In this document: positions 37,701-50,634 of the stretch, in pieces
Layout: each line of letters starts with the position of its first letter
Position numbering within the stretch: the first letter of the stretch is position 1
Source of the DNA: Eledone cirrhosa
Taxonomy: Eukaryota
DNA length: 64,000 bases
Direction of reading: 5' to 3'
Assembly (NCBI GenBank): GCA_964016885.1
Contig: OZ024741.1
Span: 297,786,001-297,850,000, forward strand
Notes under the pieces: model-generated
Told to the model about the DNA's origin: nothing
The model's database searches: none
What the model saw: the letters and a program-made list of their open reading frames with translations, nothing else
Translations under genes and position numbers: made by a program

Positions 37701-40700
37701 ATATTGGAAACGATGATAGGTCTCCGAGAAAATCGAAAACCGATCAAAACAATGGGAAAGATATTGGAAACGATGATAGATCTCCGAGAAAATCGAAAAC
37801 CGATCAAAACAATGGGAAAGATATTGGAAACGATGATAGATCTCCTATAAAATCGAAAACCGATGAAAACAATGAGAACGATATCGGAAACGGTGATCGA
37901 TCTCCGAGAAAAACAGAAACCGATCAAGACACTGGAACAGATATTGGAAACGATGATAGTTCTCCGAGAAAATCGAAAACTGATCAAAACAATGGGAACG
38001 ATATTGGAAACAATGATAGATCTGCGAGAAAATCGAAAACCGATCAAAACAATGGGAAAGATATTGGAAACAATGATAGATCTGCGAGAAAATCGAAAAC
38101 CGATCAAAACAATGTGAAAGATATTGGAAACGATCATAGATCTCCGAGAAAATCGAAAACCGATCAAAACACTACAACAGATATTGGAAATGATGATAGA
38201 TCTCTGAGAAAATCGAAAACCGATCAAATCAATGGGAAAGATATTGGAAATGATGATAGATCTCCGAGAAAATCGAAAATCGATCAAAACAATGGGAACG
38301 ATATTGGAAACGATAACAGATCTCCGAGAAAAACAGAAACCGATCAAAACACTGGAACAGATATTGGAAACGATGATAGATCTCCGAGAAAAACAGAAAC
38401 TGATCAAAACAATGGGAACGATATTGGAAACTGTGATAGATCTCCGAGAAAAACAGAAACCGATCAAAACACTGGAACAGATATTGAAAACGATGATAGA
38501 TCTCCGAGAAAAACAGAAACTGATCAAAACAATGGGAACGATATTGGAAACGATGATAGATCTCCGGGAAAATCGAAAACCGATCAAAACACTGGAACAG
38601 ATATTGGAAACGATGATAAATCTCCGAGAAATTCGAAAACCGATCAAAACACTGGAACAGATATTGGAAACGATGATAGATCTCCTATAAAATCGAAAAC
38701 CGATCAAAACACCGGGAAAGATATTGGGAACGATGATATATCTCCGAGAAAAACAGAAACCGATCAAAACACTGGAACAGATATTGGAAACGATGATAGT
38801 TCTCCGAGAAAATCGAAAACCGATCAAAACAATGGGAACGGTATTGGAAACGATGATAGATCTCCGAGAAAATCGAAAACCGACCAAAACACCGGGAAAG
38901 ATATTGGAAACGATGATAGATCTCCGAGAAAATCGAAAACCGATCAAAACAATGTGAAAGATATTGGAAACGATGATAGATCTCCGAGAAAAACAGAAAC
39001 TGATCAAAACAATGGGAACGATATTGGAAACGGTGATAGATCTCCGAGAAAAACAGAAACCGATCAAAACACTGGAACAGATATTGGAAACGATGATAGA
39101 TCTCCGAGAAAATCGAAAACCGTTAAAAACACCGGGAAAGATATTGGAAACGATGATAGATCTCCGAGAAAATCGAAAACCGATCAAAACAATGGGAACG
39201 ATATTGGAAACGATGATAGGTCTCCGAGAAATTCGAAAACCGATCAAAACACTGGAATAGATATTGGAAATGATGGTAGATCTCCGAGAAAATCGAAAAC
39301 CGATCAAAACAATGGGAACGATATTGGAAACGGTGATAGATCTCCGAGAAAAACAGAAACCGATCAAAACACTGGAACTGATATTGGAAATGATGATAGA
39401 TCGCCGAGAAAATCGAAAACCGATCAAAACAATGGGAACGATATTGGAAACGGTGATAGATCTCCGAGAAAATCGAAAACCGATCAAAACACTGGGAAAG
39501 ATATTGGAAATGATGATAGATCTCCGAGAAAAATGGAAACTGATCAAAATACAGGGAAAGATATTGCAAAAGGTGACAAATCTTCCATAAAAACGAAAAA
39601 GAAGAAAAGTAAATCGGCAGTTAAAACCTCTTCAAGTATAGATTCTTCAACTGATATAAGTGAGACAAACCAATTTTTTACTCTGAAAGAAAATGTTCTA
39701 GCAAATGAAGAAGAAAAACCTATATCTAAAGATGGCGATGTGAAATCTGATTTAGTGCATGAAACATCTCAAAAGAAGGTTAATGCCGATCTCACTAGTC
39801 CGCAACAAACGAATGTTAAAGATGGTAGCGTTTCAGAATTATCTTCTGGAGATTTAAGACAGATTCCAAAACTAGAAACCATCGAAACTCATAGAAATAG
39901 TAATGATATTCAAGAAAAAGATCAATTATCACTAAGAGGGGACAGTAAACCAAACTTTGGAAACGAGACTCTAGATAAATCTCCATTACTTGCTATCCCT
40001 TCTGCAGTAGATGATAATGATGACGTGAATAGGCTTGATATGGATGATATTCGGGAAAACGAAAATGAGACGAAGTCGATGAGTACAGATATTGGTACTG
40101 ATAACAATGAAACGGTACCTGCAGCTGAAAAGCTCGCAGGGAATATCGATGTAAATGACGTAGCACGAACGGATAATGAAAATGGACGTTCTGATGGAAA
40201 CCTACCCGATGAGATGATTGAAAGATATTCTATAAGTAATAATAAGATATCTTACACAGACGGTTCAAAAGAGGAGACAATTACAGCAGCCGAAGTTATT
40301 GACAGTGATATTAAATATTCTACTGATGTAGATATTGATAACAACATACCTAAACATTCAAATAACATTACTACTGCGGCTACTGTTGTTGATGATGTAG
40401 TTGCTATTAATAGTGATGTATATACAGATGTTAATGAGAAGGAAAAAATTACGAAAGTCGTTGATGAGGAAAATCTTCGCAATGTCACCGATGAAAATTT
40501 AGCCAATGATACATCTCCAAATACTGAGAATGTAATTGACGACGGTAATATTAATAGTGCTATGACAAGCGATATTCTACACGCTACGAGTTTGGGTGAT
40601 GTCACACCAGACAATGTAAACTCAGTCCTTACCAATGTGGATCTAAAAGAAACCAGGAAAAACTCCCTTGGCGGAAATAACACTTCATGTGTCTTTAATA

Positions 40701-41968
40701 ATGAAGATGAAACAAATAATAAAGAAAGTGATAAGAAAAGGAGCTTCGATGATAGCGAGCCTCTCGACGAAGTCACCATTAATAAAATGCAACCTGAAAT
40801 ATCAGAAAGTTCCATTATTGACAGTAATAAGAAGCGTGGTGATGTCTCTGTCACTGTCAATGACAATTTTAGTGAAAGCGTGAATAATCTATCATATGAG
40901 GCTGGCCTTAATAACAACACACAGGAAAATATAAGTAATTTTCATGATAGTCAATCTAGAGAACCGAAAGAAGCTTCTAATGGAGAAAACATTGACAAGT
41001 CAATAGATGAAGAATCTAAGACGTTGGGACATTCTGATGACAGTGAAAATAAACCTGATGATAAATCTCCAACGATGACGACACTCGTTGAGGATAGCAA
41101 CAGAAAATCTGATGAAAAGAGTAAAATCAATGAAAGTGATAACAGTTTTGATGCAGTTGAGGAAAATGCTGAAAACGACGGTGTTCCATATAACAAACAT
41201 GGGGAACTCCAGAATGAGAATGATGGCGGCATTGGAGTTTCATCTGACTCTGTTCAAGACAAATCAGGAAATTCTGACATGGTTGACAATGTTCAAAATA
41301 TAACCAAAATAGAAACAACACCTCGTCGGAAGAACGCTATTGGTATCAATGAAGTGGTTGAGCTTGATAACATAGCCTTTGATCGTGAAGGATCTGTTGT
41401 TGCTGACAGCGAAACTAGAGAACAACGTAGTTCTTATGTAGAAGAGAATGATAATGATAATGATGGTGGTGATAAGAGGGATTATGTTATTGGGGGTAGA
41501 GAAAATATAAGCGTAACTAAAGACAACGAAATGAATAATGACATAAATGTCTCAGAATACGGTACGACGAAAAGTGATGTGGATGGTGGTGTAAAGGTTA
41601 AACAGATTACTGATGGGGGTGCACAGGATACAATGACAGGCTCAGAAAGTGCGATTAAAGACAGCATAAATAATTCAACAATCACAGGGAATACAACCGA
41701 ATATAGTCTGATCAACAGAAATAATGTACTTGTTACAGAGAATATTATTGAAGATGGTGGTGATAACAGTGATCTATCTGGAGTAAATGAGGGTGATACT
41801 AGAAATGATGGTGATATTACAGTATTACAGAAAGTTCCAGAGAATATTGCCGAAGATGGAGACATTAATAAGGTTTCTGCAGAAGTTAGAGAAAGTGGTG
41901 ATGTTAAGATAGCTACGGAAGTAGTTCATAAGGATAACACGAGAGATGATATTAGCAACGTTGTATGA
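34725..41968 (+). CDS. Giant terminal exon: acidic D/E/N/K-rich low-complexity protein with a 20-aa tandem repeat
   Basis: Acceptor ttttttttatag|; 7.2-kb uninterrupted frame (2383 aa from internal Met 34817); no TE or microsatellite interruptions in an otherwise TE-saturated window. Confidence 0.9.
35993..39590 (+). repeat. Coding minisatellite, ~60 x 60 bp (KTDQNNGNDIGNDDRSPRKS)
   Basis: Units stay in exact register with the 60-nt lines from 36001 to 39541; no indels or stops. Confidence 0.98.
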
Positions 41969-43232
41969 GAGGTTACGGATAAGTCTACTGGTGAAGGTAG
42001 TATTAACACTGCCTCAACGGGAGTCACAGAGAATATTGCTGTAAATGATAATGTTGACAAGACGGCAGCAGATGTTACTAAGTACTCTAATGTAGATAGA
42101 AATGATATCAATGATGTGGCAGAAGTTACAGAGCATACTCCTCTAGATGGAAACATCAGCCTCCCTGTATCAAGAGTTACAGAAAATGCTCCTGGAGATA
42201 TAAATTTGAACAATGATAAGGACGAAACGGGGAGTATTACTGATAATATTGGTAATGCCAATATTACTGAAAGAGCAACGGAAAGTAATACTAATAACAA
42301 ATCAAAATATAATAAATAGTCCGACTGGGAATATTAACACTGAAGATTAACACTGAAGATTAACACTGTTCAACTGATAATCACAGATAGTGATTATAAG
42401 ACTATCATGAAGGTTAATGATGTATATAGTACAGCAGAAGATGTATGTAGTATTAGTGATAATAGAAATATCAACTGAAGCACAATATGAGCTACCGGTG
42501 TTCACTGTTAAATTTCGACTTGGTGAGACTCCAAATTATATCCCTCCTTAAAACGTTGCAGCAGAAACACTCACAAATGTTGAAAATGTGCATGCCTTTT
42601 AGTTATTTTGAGATATTTGCGGATTGTGAGGTCCTAAGCTGTAGCTTGCTTAGTTTATGTCTAAATCGGGCTGTGTTCAATTTACAACTAGTTATAATCA
42701 ATATTTCATCATAAATTATAAAAGTTAAGAAATGATAGAAGTGAGTCTGTATTTTCAGTAAAGAACTATAAAACATTCGGTTGAGAATTTAAACATAAAT
42801 ATTTTTATATAAGAAAAGCATTTCCTTATATGGACATGGATTCAAAAGAAAATAAATAAAAACAAAGCATACTCATTTCATAAGTATTTTGAATTTACAT
42901 AACAGCATAAACTGACTCGAGGTCAACTTTGCCTTTCATTCGAGGTCGATAAGAAAGTATCAGTCTGGTACTGGGTCGATTTTTTTCTCTTCTACATCTC
43001 TTTCTCACTTCCTTTCTCTTTCACTCTCTATCCTTCTTTGTAAGAAATCTGCTGTATTCAGACCTGGAGAGGAGATGGACTCCGCCAGGTTTTAAAAACT
43101 GCCCAAGAAATGCCGTTTGTCAATACAGCGTCCCTACGCCTCACTCGGGAATTACGGGACCATGCATGCAAGCATATAGGCATCAACTGACTGGTATAAA
43201 AGCAAAAAAGAGAGACATAAAATAAGAAATCA

Positions 43233-43275
43233 GTCACTGAGGAGGTCACAGAATGTGTGACAAAAGAGCTTTGAC
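43233..43275 (+). ncRNA. Hammerhead motif, second copy of the 14093 family (repeat 43208-43393), probably inactive
   Basis: GUCA-CUGAGGA-G-GUCACA(gaaug)UGUGAC-AAAA-GAGCUU|UGAC; GAAA is mutated to AAAA. Confidence 0.55.
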
Positions 43276-43643
43276 AATATGTAAACAACTATCCGGTTAG
43301 TGAGCCAACCAAACGGAAAATTATTATAAATTGAAGTGAAAACCAACAGGTGTATGTGTTTTTATTGGCAGCATGGCCCTCCCAAAGTATAACTATATAT
43401 ATATATATATATGAATAAAGTTAGTCCTTCATCAGTGATCTTCCAACCATCATTGGTATTTCATCGCTTTAAAGACCATATACCTCCGGTTGGTGCGAGC
43501 AACGGCTAAAAAAAAGTCGTTGGGACACGTAAATAAAGGGGACGCGAAAGTGTAAACAAACAAAGATGGTGAAGCAATAAATGTGAAGACTAAAATCCGA
43601 AGAGGGCTCGATAAGGATAATATATATAGAGAGAGCAAATATT

Positions 43644-43770
43644 TATTAAAATAACAGATTAAAATTTAATCAAAGTATCGCTGCTTTCAGCCTTAACGGG
43701 ATCTTTTGAGTTTCAGAAGATCCCGTTCAGGGTGAAAGCAGCGATTCTTTGCTTACACTTTAATCTGTTA

Positions 43771-43778
<8 letters not shown>
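43644..43778. repeat. Palindrome of a dispersed repeat (also at ~12022-12090 and ~30725-30780)
   Basis: tattaaaataacagatt...gggatctt / aagatccc...aatctgttattttaata. Confidence 0.85.
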
Positions 43779-43808
<30 letters not shown>

Positions 43809-43817
43809 GTGATCTGA

Positions 43818-44023
43818 TATAGGCACAAGGCCAGGAATTTTTTTTTGGGGGGGGGGGGGGGGAGTAGACCCCAGCACTAACTGGTACTTTATTTTACCGA
43901 CCTCGTAAGGATGTAAGACAAAGTTAATCTCGGCGGAATTTGAACTCAGAATGTAAAGGGCCGTAACTTTATACCGTGAAGCAGGGTGTCCGACGCTCTA
44001 CCGATTCTGCCAATTCACCGCCC
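43818..44023 (-). mobile_element. Full-length SINE family A
   Basis: Complete reverse-complement copy. Confidence 0.85.
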
Positions 44024-44699
44024 AAATCTAAACTATAATAAAGGAAGGTCTGCGGGACTGCGTACGGTTTATTTCTTTTAATCCAGTTAGTAAAATAAGT
44101 TGGATTACTTTGAATAAATAATGAATGAATATTACATAATTTATGTGCTAAATTTCGTAAACAAATAATTTCGTAAAAATAAATAATCTAAAATTGACTT
44201 CTTTTCAAAGTTTCACTTCCGGTATATCGTCGCCACCACCACCACCACCACCACCACCACTTCAACTACCATATATATAGAAAGAGAGTGTCTGATGAGA
44301 GAGATAGAGAGATTATGATTTTCTACACGCTGACGCGTATGAGTGTGCACATCCATAAATCTATATGTATGAGTATATAACTATTATGAGTATATATAAC
44401 TATAATCGCGCAAACACAAACTTATAAAAATACACTCTCACGGACATAATTCACACAAATATACATACTTTCACACAAATATACATACATTCACACATAC
44501 ATTTACACAAACATACATATATTCACACAAATATACATACTTTCACGTAAACATACATACATTCACACATGTACATTTACATAATCACACACATACAGTC
44601 ATGATAGCGTTCGGTGAAGTGGAAATGGGAGGGTAAAACAAGTATAACGTTTTATTTATTCATTAACTCTTTATTTTATTTATTAACACTTTTTTTTTT

Positions 44700-45355
44700 A
44701 AACTCATTTAATATAATGGTTACAGAACGAAAACATTAACAAATATAATATATACAAAGGAAAGGGAAAGGAAAAAAAGAAAGAGAAAAAATACACAAGC
44801 ATATAAAATCCACATCTTAGACCACATAGAACAAAATGCAGACGAAAGAGTGGTAAAAAACGAGCCGCTACCAGAGCAAAAGATAACAATATAGCGAGGA
44901 GCACTGAGAAACCTCTCTAAGGATTTTTGAGGCAAGCTAGCAGCGTTACCTGAGGTGATGGCGAGGCTGAGGTGCTGGAACAATCAAGTGCCCTCACGAG
45001 CATCACCAGTTACCTCTGTTTGGCGTGAAGATAAGAACCTCGCTGTCAGTAGCCCGACTACCCCAAACGTCTCAAACGCCACAGGTTGGATAATGTAGTA
45101 AGTTGACAGAACACGGTATTTTAGGATTTTGTTCCGTTCTGCTGCGGATGCTGTAGCTCTCGCCCTTACCGCTGCATCCAGAATGTGGGAAGAAGCAAAA
45201 GAGTCACTAACTGTGACGTCCCAGGTAAGGCACCTGCCTCTTGACCAGGAGCACAGAGTAAGACCGTCAAGTCTTTTCCCATTAATTCAGGACAACCCAG
45301 ACGGTTACAAAATTGAGGAGATGTTTGCCCGGGCCAAAGCTCTTGAGTGGTAATA
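44700..45355 (-). mobile_element. CRE-clade (restriction-like endonuclease) non-LTR retrotransposon 3' fragment
   Basis: Minus translation GKRLDGLTLCSWSRGRCLTWDVTV...AAERNKILKY...PVAFETFG...LFQHLSLAITSGNAAS. Confidence 0.8.
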
Positions 45356-45514
45356 CGACAGTGTATGTATGTGCGCGCGCGTGAGTTTGTCGGCGTTCTT
45401 AAATTAGAGACACGTGTGCGTGTGTCACTGTTTTTAAGTTAGACATATATATATGTGAGTATCCCTTTCCTTCCTTTTACACACATACATTCATACAAAC
45501 ACACATACGCATTG

Positions 45515-46125
45515 CGTGATGGACGGGTGGACAGAAGTCCCTCAAATTTATATACATGTGAATTGAGTTCTGCTGAAGCAGTTAGAGAGGTACAAGTATC
45601 TTGGAGCCGTGTTGATGAATGATGGAATGCAGGAGGCTGAATTAAGTGCAAGAATTGCAAAAGCTGATGCACTAAAGCGCCAGCCTCAGCAATCAGAAGA
45701 AGCGGAGTAGGTGTAAAAGCCAAACTCGCTGTCTTCCTGGTATTCCTGCCAACTCTTACCGAGGATCATGAATCTTGAGTAATGACCAAAAGAATACAAT
45801 TGCAAATAAAAGTGGCAGAAATGAGATTCCTCCGAAGGGTCTTTAGAGTAACCTTACTCGATAAAGTGCATAGCTCAGAGAGTCACTCCTGGTAGAGCCT
45901 CTACTTCTCCGAATTGAGAGATCACAACTCCGATATTATGAGCATGTGGTTAGAATGTCTCAGTAAAAAATCGCTGGACACATTTTACAGGCAAAACCAA
46001 CCGGCAAGAGACCCAGGGGGAGACATTGAGCAAGATAGTTGGATAACATCTATGAGCTTGGCTGGTCACGCTTTGGGATCCAGCTGGATCAGTTAGAGAT
46101 GTTTGCTACTGACAGACTGGCTGGA
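45515..46125 (+). mobile_element. RTE-clade (Expander/Rex3-like) LINE fragment
   Basis: RYKYLG, ARIAKA, VAEMRFLRR, VEPLLLRIERSQLR..HVVRM, with stops. Confidence 0.8.
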
Positions 46126-46335
46126 AGGCCAGCAATTACCCAGTGCATTACTGGTACTTTATTTTATCGACCCCGTAAGGATGAAAGGCAAAGTTAACCT
46201 CGGCAGGATTTGAACACAGAATGGCAAGGGCCGTAACTATGTGCGTCAAAACATGGCGTCCGACCCTCTACCGATACTGCCAATCCACCGAACAATAATA
46301 ATGTATAGTAAGGAGGTTGAGAAAATGACGTTTAC

Positions 46336-46819
46336 CTTATAATTTCAGATAATGTCGATGATGCCTTTATCATCTTACCTGTATCTTTTGAAACATTGGC
46401 CGCCTTGTGGTTCGGGTTCCTTAGAAGATATTCCTGTGAATAATCTAAGTCATCTTGTGAGAAATACACTGAGTTGATTCTCTTGGTGGCGATACCTCGA
46501 CCAGCATTCAGCACCATATCATAGAATGCCTCGTGTTCTCTGGTCACTGCTTTTACCGTGAGCTGTGTGTTCTTCCATACTCTATTTGTAAGACGGCCGA
46601 AGACAGAAACTGCGTTTCCCAGTCATGTATTGTATCATGGATCGTAGATTGATGACAATCTACAGGCTGGAACATGACTGCAAATCTAAAACCTTTGCAA
46701 GATCTAGAAAAACTTTTGAGTTCATGAAGTAGATCGACAGATACTGCACGAAGGACTGGGATCATAAATACTTGACTACAAGATCTTGAACGTTTGTCTT
46801 TATTTTTAGCTCTTAACAT
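46336..46819 (-). pseudogene. Candidate coding exon of an unidentified gene, frameshifted by an ~80-bp RTE-like insert
   Basis: Two non-repetitive ORFs in different frames. The junction encodes RTE-like AVSVFGRLTNRVWKNTQLTVK. Donor aag|gtaaac. Confidence 0.4.
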
Positions 46820-48080
46820 CTTGTAGGGCTTTAGCGAAAATTATCTAAAAACGGATTTATTAATCTTTACTTCCGGACAGATTGTTGTGAAGATTTACAG
46901 TATTAGTGTAAAGACTAATTTCTAATGTGATACAGTTATAGTGCTGTTTCATACTTTTCAGAAGGATTTACTCATGTGATTTCATGAGGTACAGAATGTT
47001 AAAATTTAGCGTTACAAACCAACAAAACTTAAACAGCGTCATTGCAAATACTTAAAATGACGGTAGAGTCTATAAGGGAGAAACTTTTTAGTTCTTCCTT
47101 GAATTCTAATAATAGTTTCTGATTTAGGCACAAAGCCAACAATTTGATGGGAGGGAAAAGTCGATTAAATCGATTCCAGTGCGTTACTGGTACTTTATTT
47201 TATCGACCCCGTAGGGAGGAAAAGCAAAGCTAACCTCGGTGGGATCTGAATGTATAACCTTAAAGAGCCGTAACTATATGTTGTAAAGCATTTTGTTCGA
47301 CGCTCTACCGATACTACCACCGCTCTCTTGAATTCCAATAAAAAGTGAAAATCATCAGTTATTGAATCTGAATAGTTTTATTTAGTTAAACATATAGAAA
47401 AAGAAATCAGTATTGGAAAGGACAATAAATGCCATAAAGGATAGGAAAAGAAGAGGAAGAGCAAGGACTACTAGTTAAAAAAGAAGAAAGAAAGGGAGAA
47501 GGGGAGAATATGATAGACTCTACACCTGGTCAGAGCGGTGTTTCGGCTACGCCCCGGGGACAAAATGGCAAAGGCAATTTGGGACAGTGAAGATGCGTTG
47601 GTATTTTAGACTCACGATCATAAGGTTATGGGTTCAATAGCTTGACGGAGTATCACATTGTGTTTTTGAGTAAAATACTTCATTTCCTGTGACTCCTCCC
47701 AAGAGTTGCAAATGGCAGTTAATATCAGCAGTGGAAATGCCATTGGAAACATAGTTTCCTTGGTCCAATCGAACTATTAGCTTCTTTATTATTTCATTTT
47801 CTACTATTCCTTACCAAATTCTTGCTAAATTCTGTCTTGACACGTGACTTCTTATGGCAATTCTCTAAAATAAGTATCAATTCGCCAGTTGAATAGGTTC
47901 TAACTTCGTATTTGTAATATTGATTTCATGTATTATGACGCTAAAGAAAACAAACCTTGTTCTATCACATCTAATCAGACAGCAGTCAAATGATATGTTC
48001 AAGCTATATCATCTTCGGTGATGCAACTATGTTAATTACACACACATACCCAGTGATATATATCACTGGGTGTGTGTGTG

Positions 48081-48123
<43 letters not shown>

Positions 48124-48131
<8 letters not shown>

Positions 48132-48367
48132 AAAAAGAGATGAAATCGAAAATGCAACTGGAGTCTTATTTTTTAAAAAATATATATATTTATTTGGTTC
48201 CTTTACCGGTTTCGCATCTATGAGAAAAACCACAGACCCTCCATCTCAACTCTACTTTTGAAAAGCAGAAGAACTGCGAAACCGGTAAAGGAACCAAATA
48301 AATATATATATTTTTAAAAAAAATAAAACTCCAGTTGCATTTTCGATTTCATCTCTTTTTCTTTATA
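48124..48367. mobile_element. Palindromic element with degenerate hammerhead motif (48252-48292)
   Basis: Arms 48124-48216 and 48275-48367. CUU-UUGAAAA-GCAG(aagaa)CUGC-GAAAC-CG-GUA|AAG. Confidence 0.75.
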
Positions 48368-48422
48368 CTTTCACTCGTGTAGGACACCTCGGTTATTTTT
48401 CAATTTGTAAAAAAAACCTCAC

Positions 48423-48482
<60 letters not shown>

Positions 48483-48490
48483 TATATATA

Positions 48491-48564
<74 letters not shown>

Positions 48565-48578
48565 TATATATATGTATA

Positions 48579-48628
<50 letters not shown>

Positions 48629-49012
48629 TGTCCCTCCAAACCGTATACACACTTCAGCATCATTCAAATAAAAGTGCGAATACATTTTTGGGGGACACCC
48701 TGTGTATATATGTATATATATACACGTGTGTCTGTGTGTGTGTGTGTGTGTGTAGAAGCGTTGATTTAAGAAGCATTGGGAACATTTGAAATGTAGTCGT
48801 CCCAATGTAGAAATGATCATAATAATAGTCAATCACAAAAAAAAATCATAGTTGAGAAAGTCGAGTAGAATACCCCAGGAGACGGGGAAAAGGCGAGGAA
48901 GATGCTTGCAAGGAATCGAACCACGCATTTCTCGAACAGCGGGGAATGCGTTAACTACTACACTAATGGGATGTCAGTGAAATAGTGCACGATTCGCAAC
49001 TATTGTTTTGAT

Positions 49013-49053
<41 letters not shown>

Positions 49054-49259
49054 ATGTGTGTGTGTGCGTGTGTGTATGTGTATGTGTGTGTGTATAGAGA
49101 GAGGTTAAATCCTCATCGCGGTGCCAAGCGGTTTCGGCTTGTGTGTCCAGCCAACCTTTACAAGGGTATAGGAATGTTTGCAGGGTACGTAAAAATAGGT
49201 CACTAGACATGGTACTGTTGCGTTAGATTCTCTCTCTCCCCCTCTCTCTCTCTCTCTGT

Positions 49260-49305
<46 letters not shown>

Positions 49306-49433
49306 GTATATAGTTGAATAAAATCCAAATATTCGAGGTTCGTGGGTAATCCGCAAGCTGGATAGGATGGTAAAATAGAGCAGTCGCAAGGCGTATGTAA
49401 ATATCCAGGTTCGAAATACAAAGACTGTATATA

Positions 49434-49864
49434 TAGGGTGTCCCGGAATTAACTATTTATTTCCGTGGAATCGAACTATTTAAAAATAAAATTCACTTTT
49501 ATTTCTGTTCTTCGTGTTTAATATGTGTTAAAAGTATATAAATTTCTAATTTTAATGCTTTCCAAATCGGTGGATTGGACGTGAGGGACATCGAACTTGG
49601 CCTCCACGTTCCCCAGATTTGACCCCACCTGGATTTCTTTGCAAGGGGTTTAAAAGATCAATAGTTTAGCTGAGCTTAAAGAACACATTCAGTTAACAGT
49701 GCACGAGATAACTTCTGAAATACTTCAAAATGTGTTTCGCATCGCTAATATTTATAGATCAATTTGTTTTGTATCATAATTAAGTAATAAATATAAAATT
49801 CTGTCAATTTTTTTTTTATTTGACCAATTTCATTGAAATAGGTAGTAAATTCTGGAACACCCTG
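49434..49864 (+). mobile_element. Internally deleted Tc1/mariner element
   Basis: TIRs tagggtgtcccggaatt / aattctggaacaccctg; WPPRSPDLTP motif at ~49598. Confidence 0.8.
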
Positions 49865-49954
49865 AATATATATATATATTAAATAACCTGCTTTCAATAA
49901 AGTCAGTGAACACCCAGAGTGTCTTTCTCTATCTCTTTCTTTTCTCTTTCCCTG

Positions 49955-50021
<67 letters not shown>

Positions 50022-50559
50022 TCTTCTTATCTTTCTCTTTGACATTAGTTCTAACCAAAATAACTGTACTACAATGCTACGTTTAACGTATCTTTATTTC
50101 CTGTCAATATAACGATGGCCTGTTAAAGGTCTTTCTCTCTTCTAGTTTCTATGTTGACACTTCACAAAGGCACGTATGTCGTTTTTCAAAAAATTACAGC
50201 CGATGATTTGTGTCACGAGGTTAGTCGTCAGTGAACGCCATTTTCTTTTGGACGGGGAGCAATCTCTCATTATTTCCGTTGATTTTTATCTTACTAACGA
50301 AAGACCAATTGTTTTCGCTATCTGAATGCATGCATTAATGTATGTGTGTATGTAATGGACAACAGCAACAACACCAACCAGCAACTCCTATTTACTCGCC
50401 GCCGCCGCCGCCGCTGCTGCTGCTGCTACTACTACTACTACTACAAGTTTCCGATATCCAAATGGCCTCTTTAATTAATCGAACCTCATATCTTTCAGAT
50501 ATGGGTATCTGAAAGATACAAGGTTCGATTCCTCATAGCCGCCGCTGGCATACCCCACC

Positions 50560-50634
<75 letters not shown>

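Noticed and set aside
36473-39547. 1024-aa antisense ORF and many alternative-frame ORFs in the array
   Set aside because: Shadows of a stop-free 60-bp repeat; they end at the array boundaries.
35993-39590. Possible CRISPR-like array
   Set aside because: Whole units are repeated with no unique spacers, the array lies in a eukaryotic coding frame, and there are no cas genes.
44291-44310. CTGATGA heptamer
   Set aside because: Followed by a GA repeat; no helix II or GAAA.
49115-49160. Minus-strand GGCU..AGCC-GAAAC motif (similar cases at ~53700-53740 and 59160-59230)
   Set aside because: No convincing combination of CUGANGA core, GAAA and helix I.
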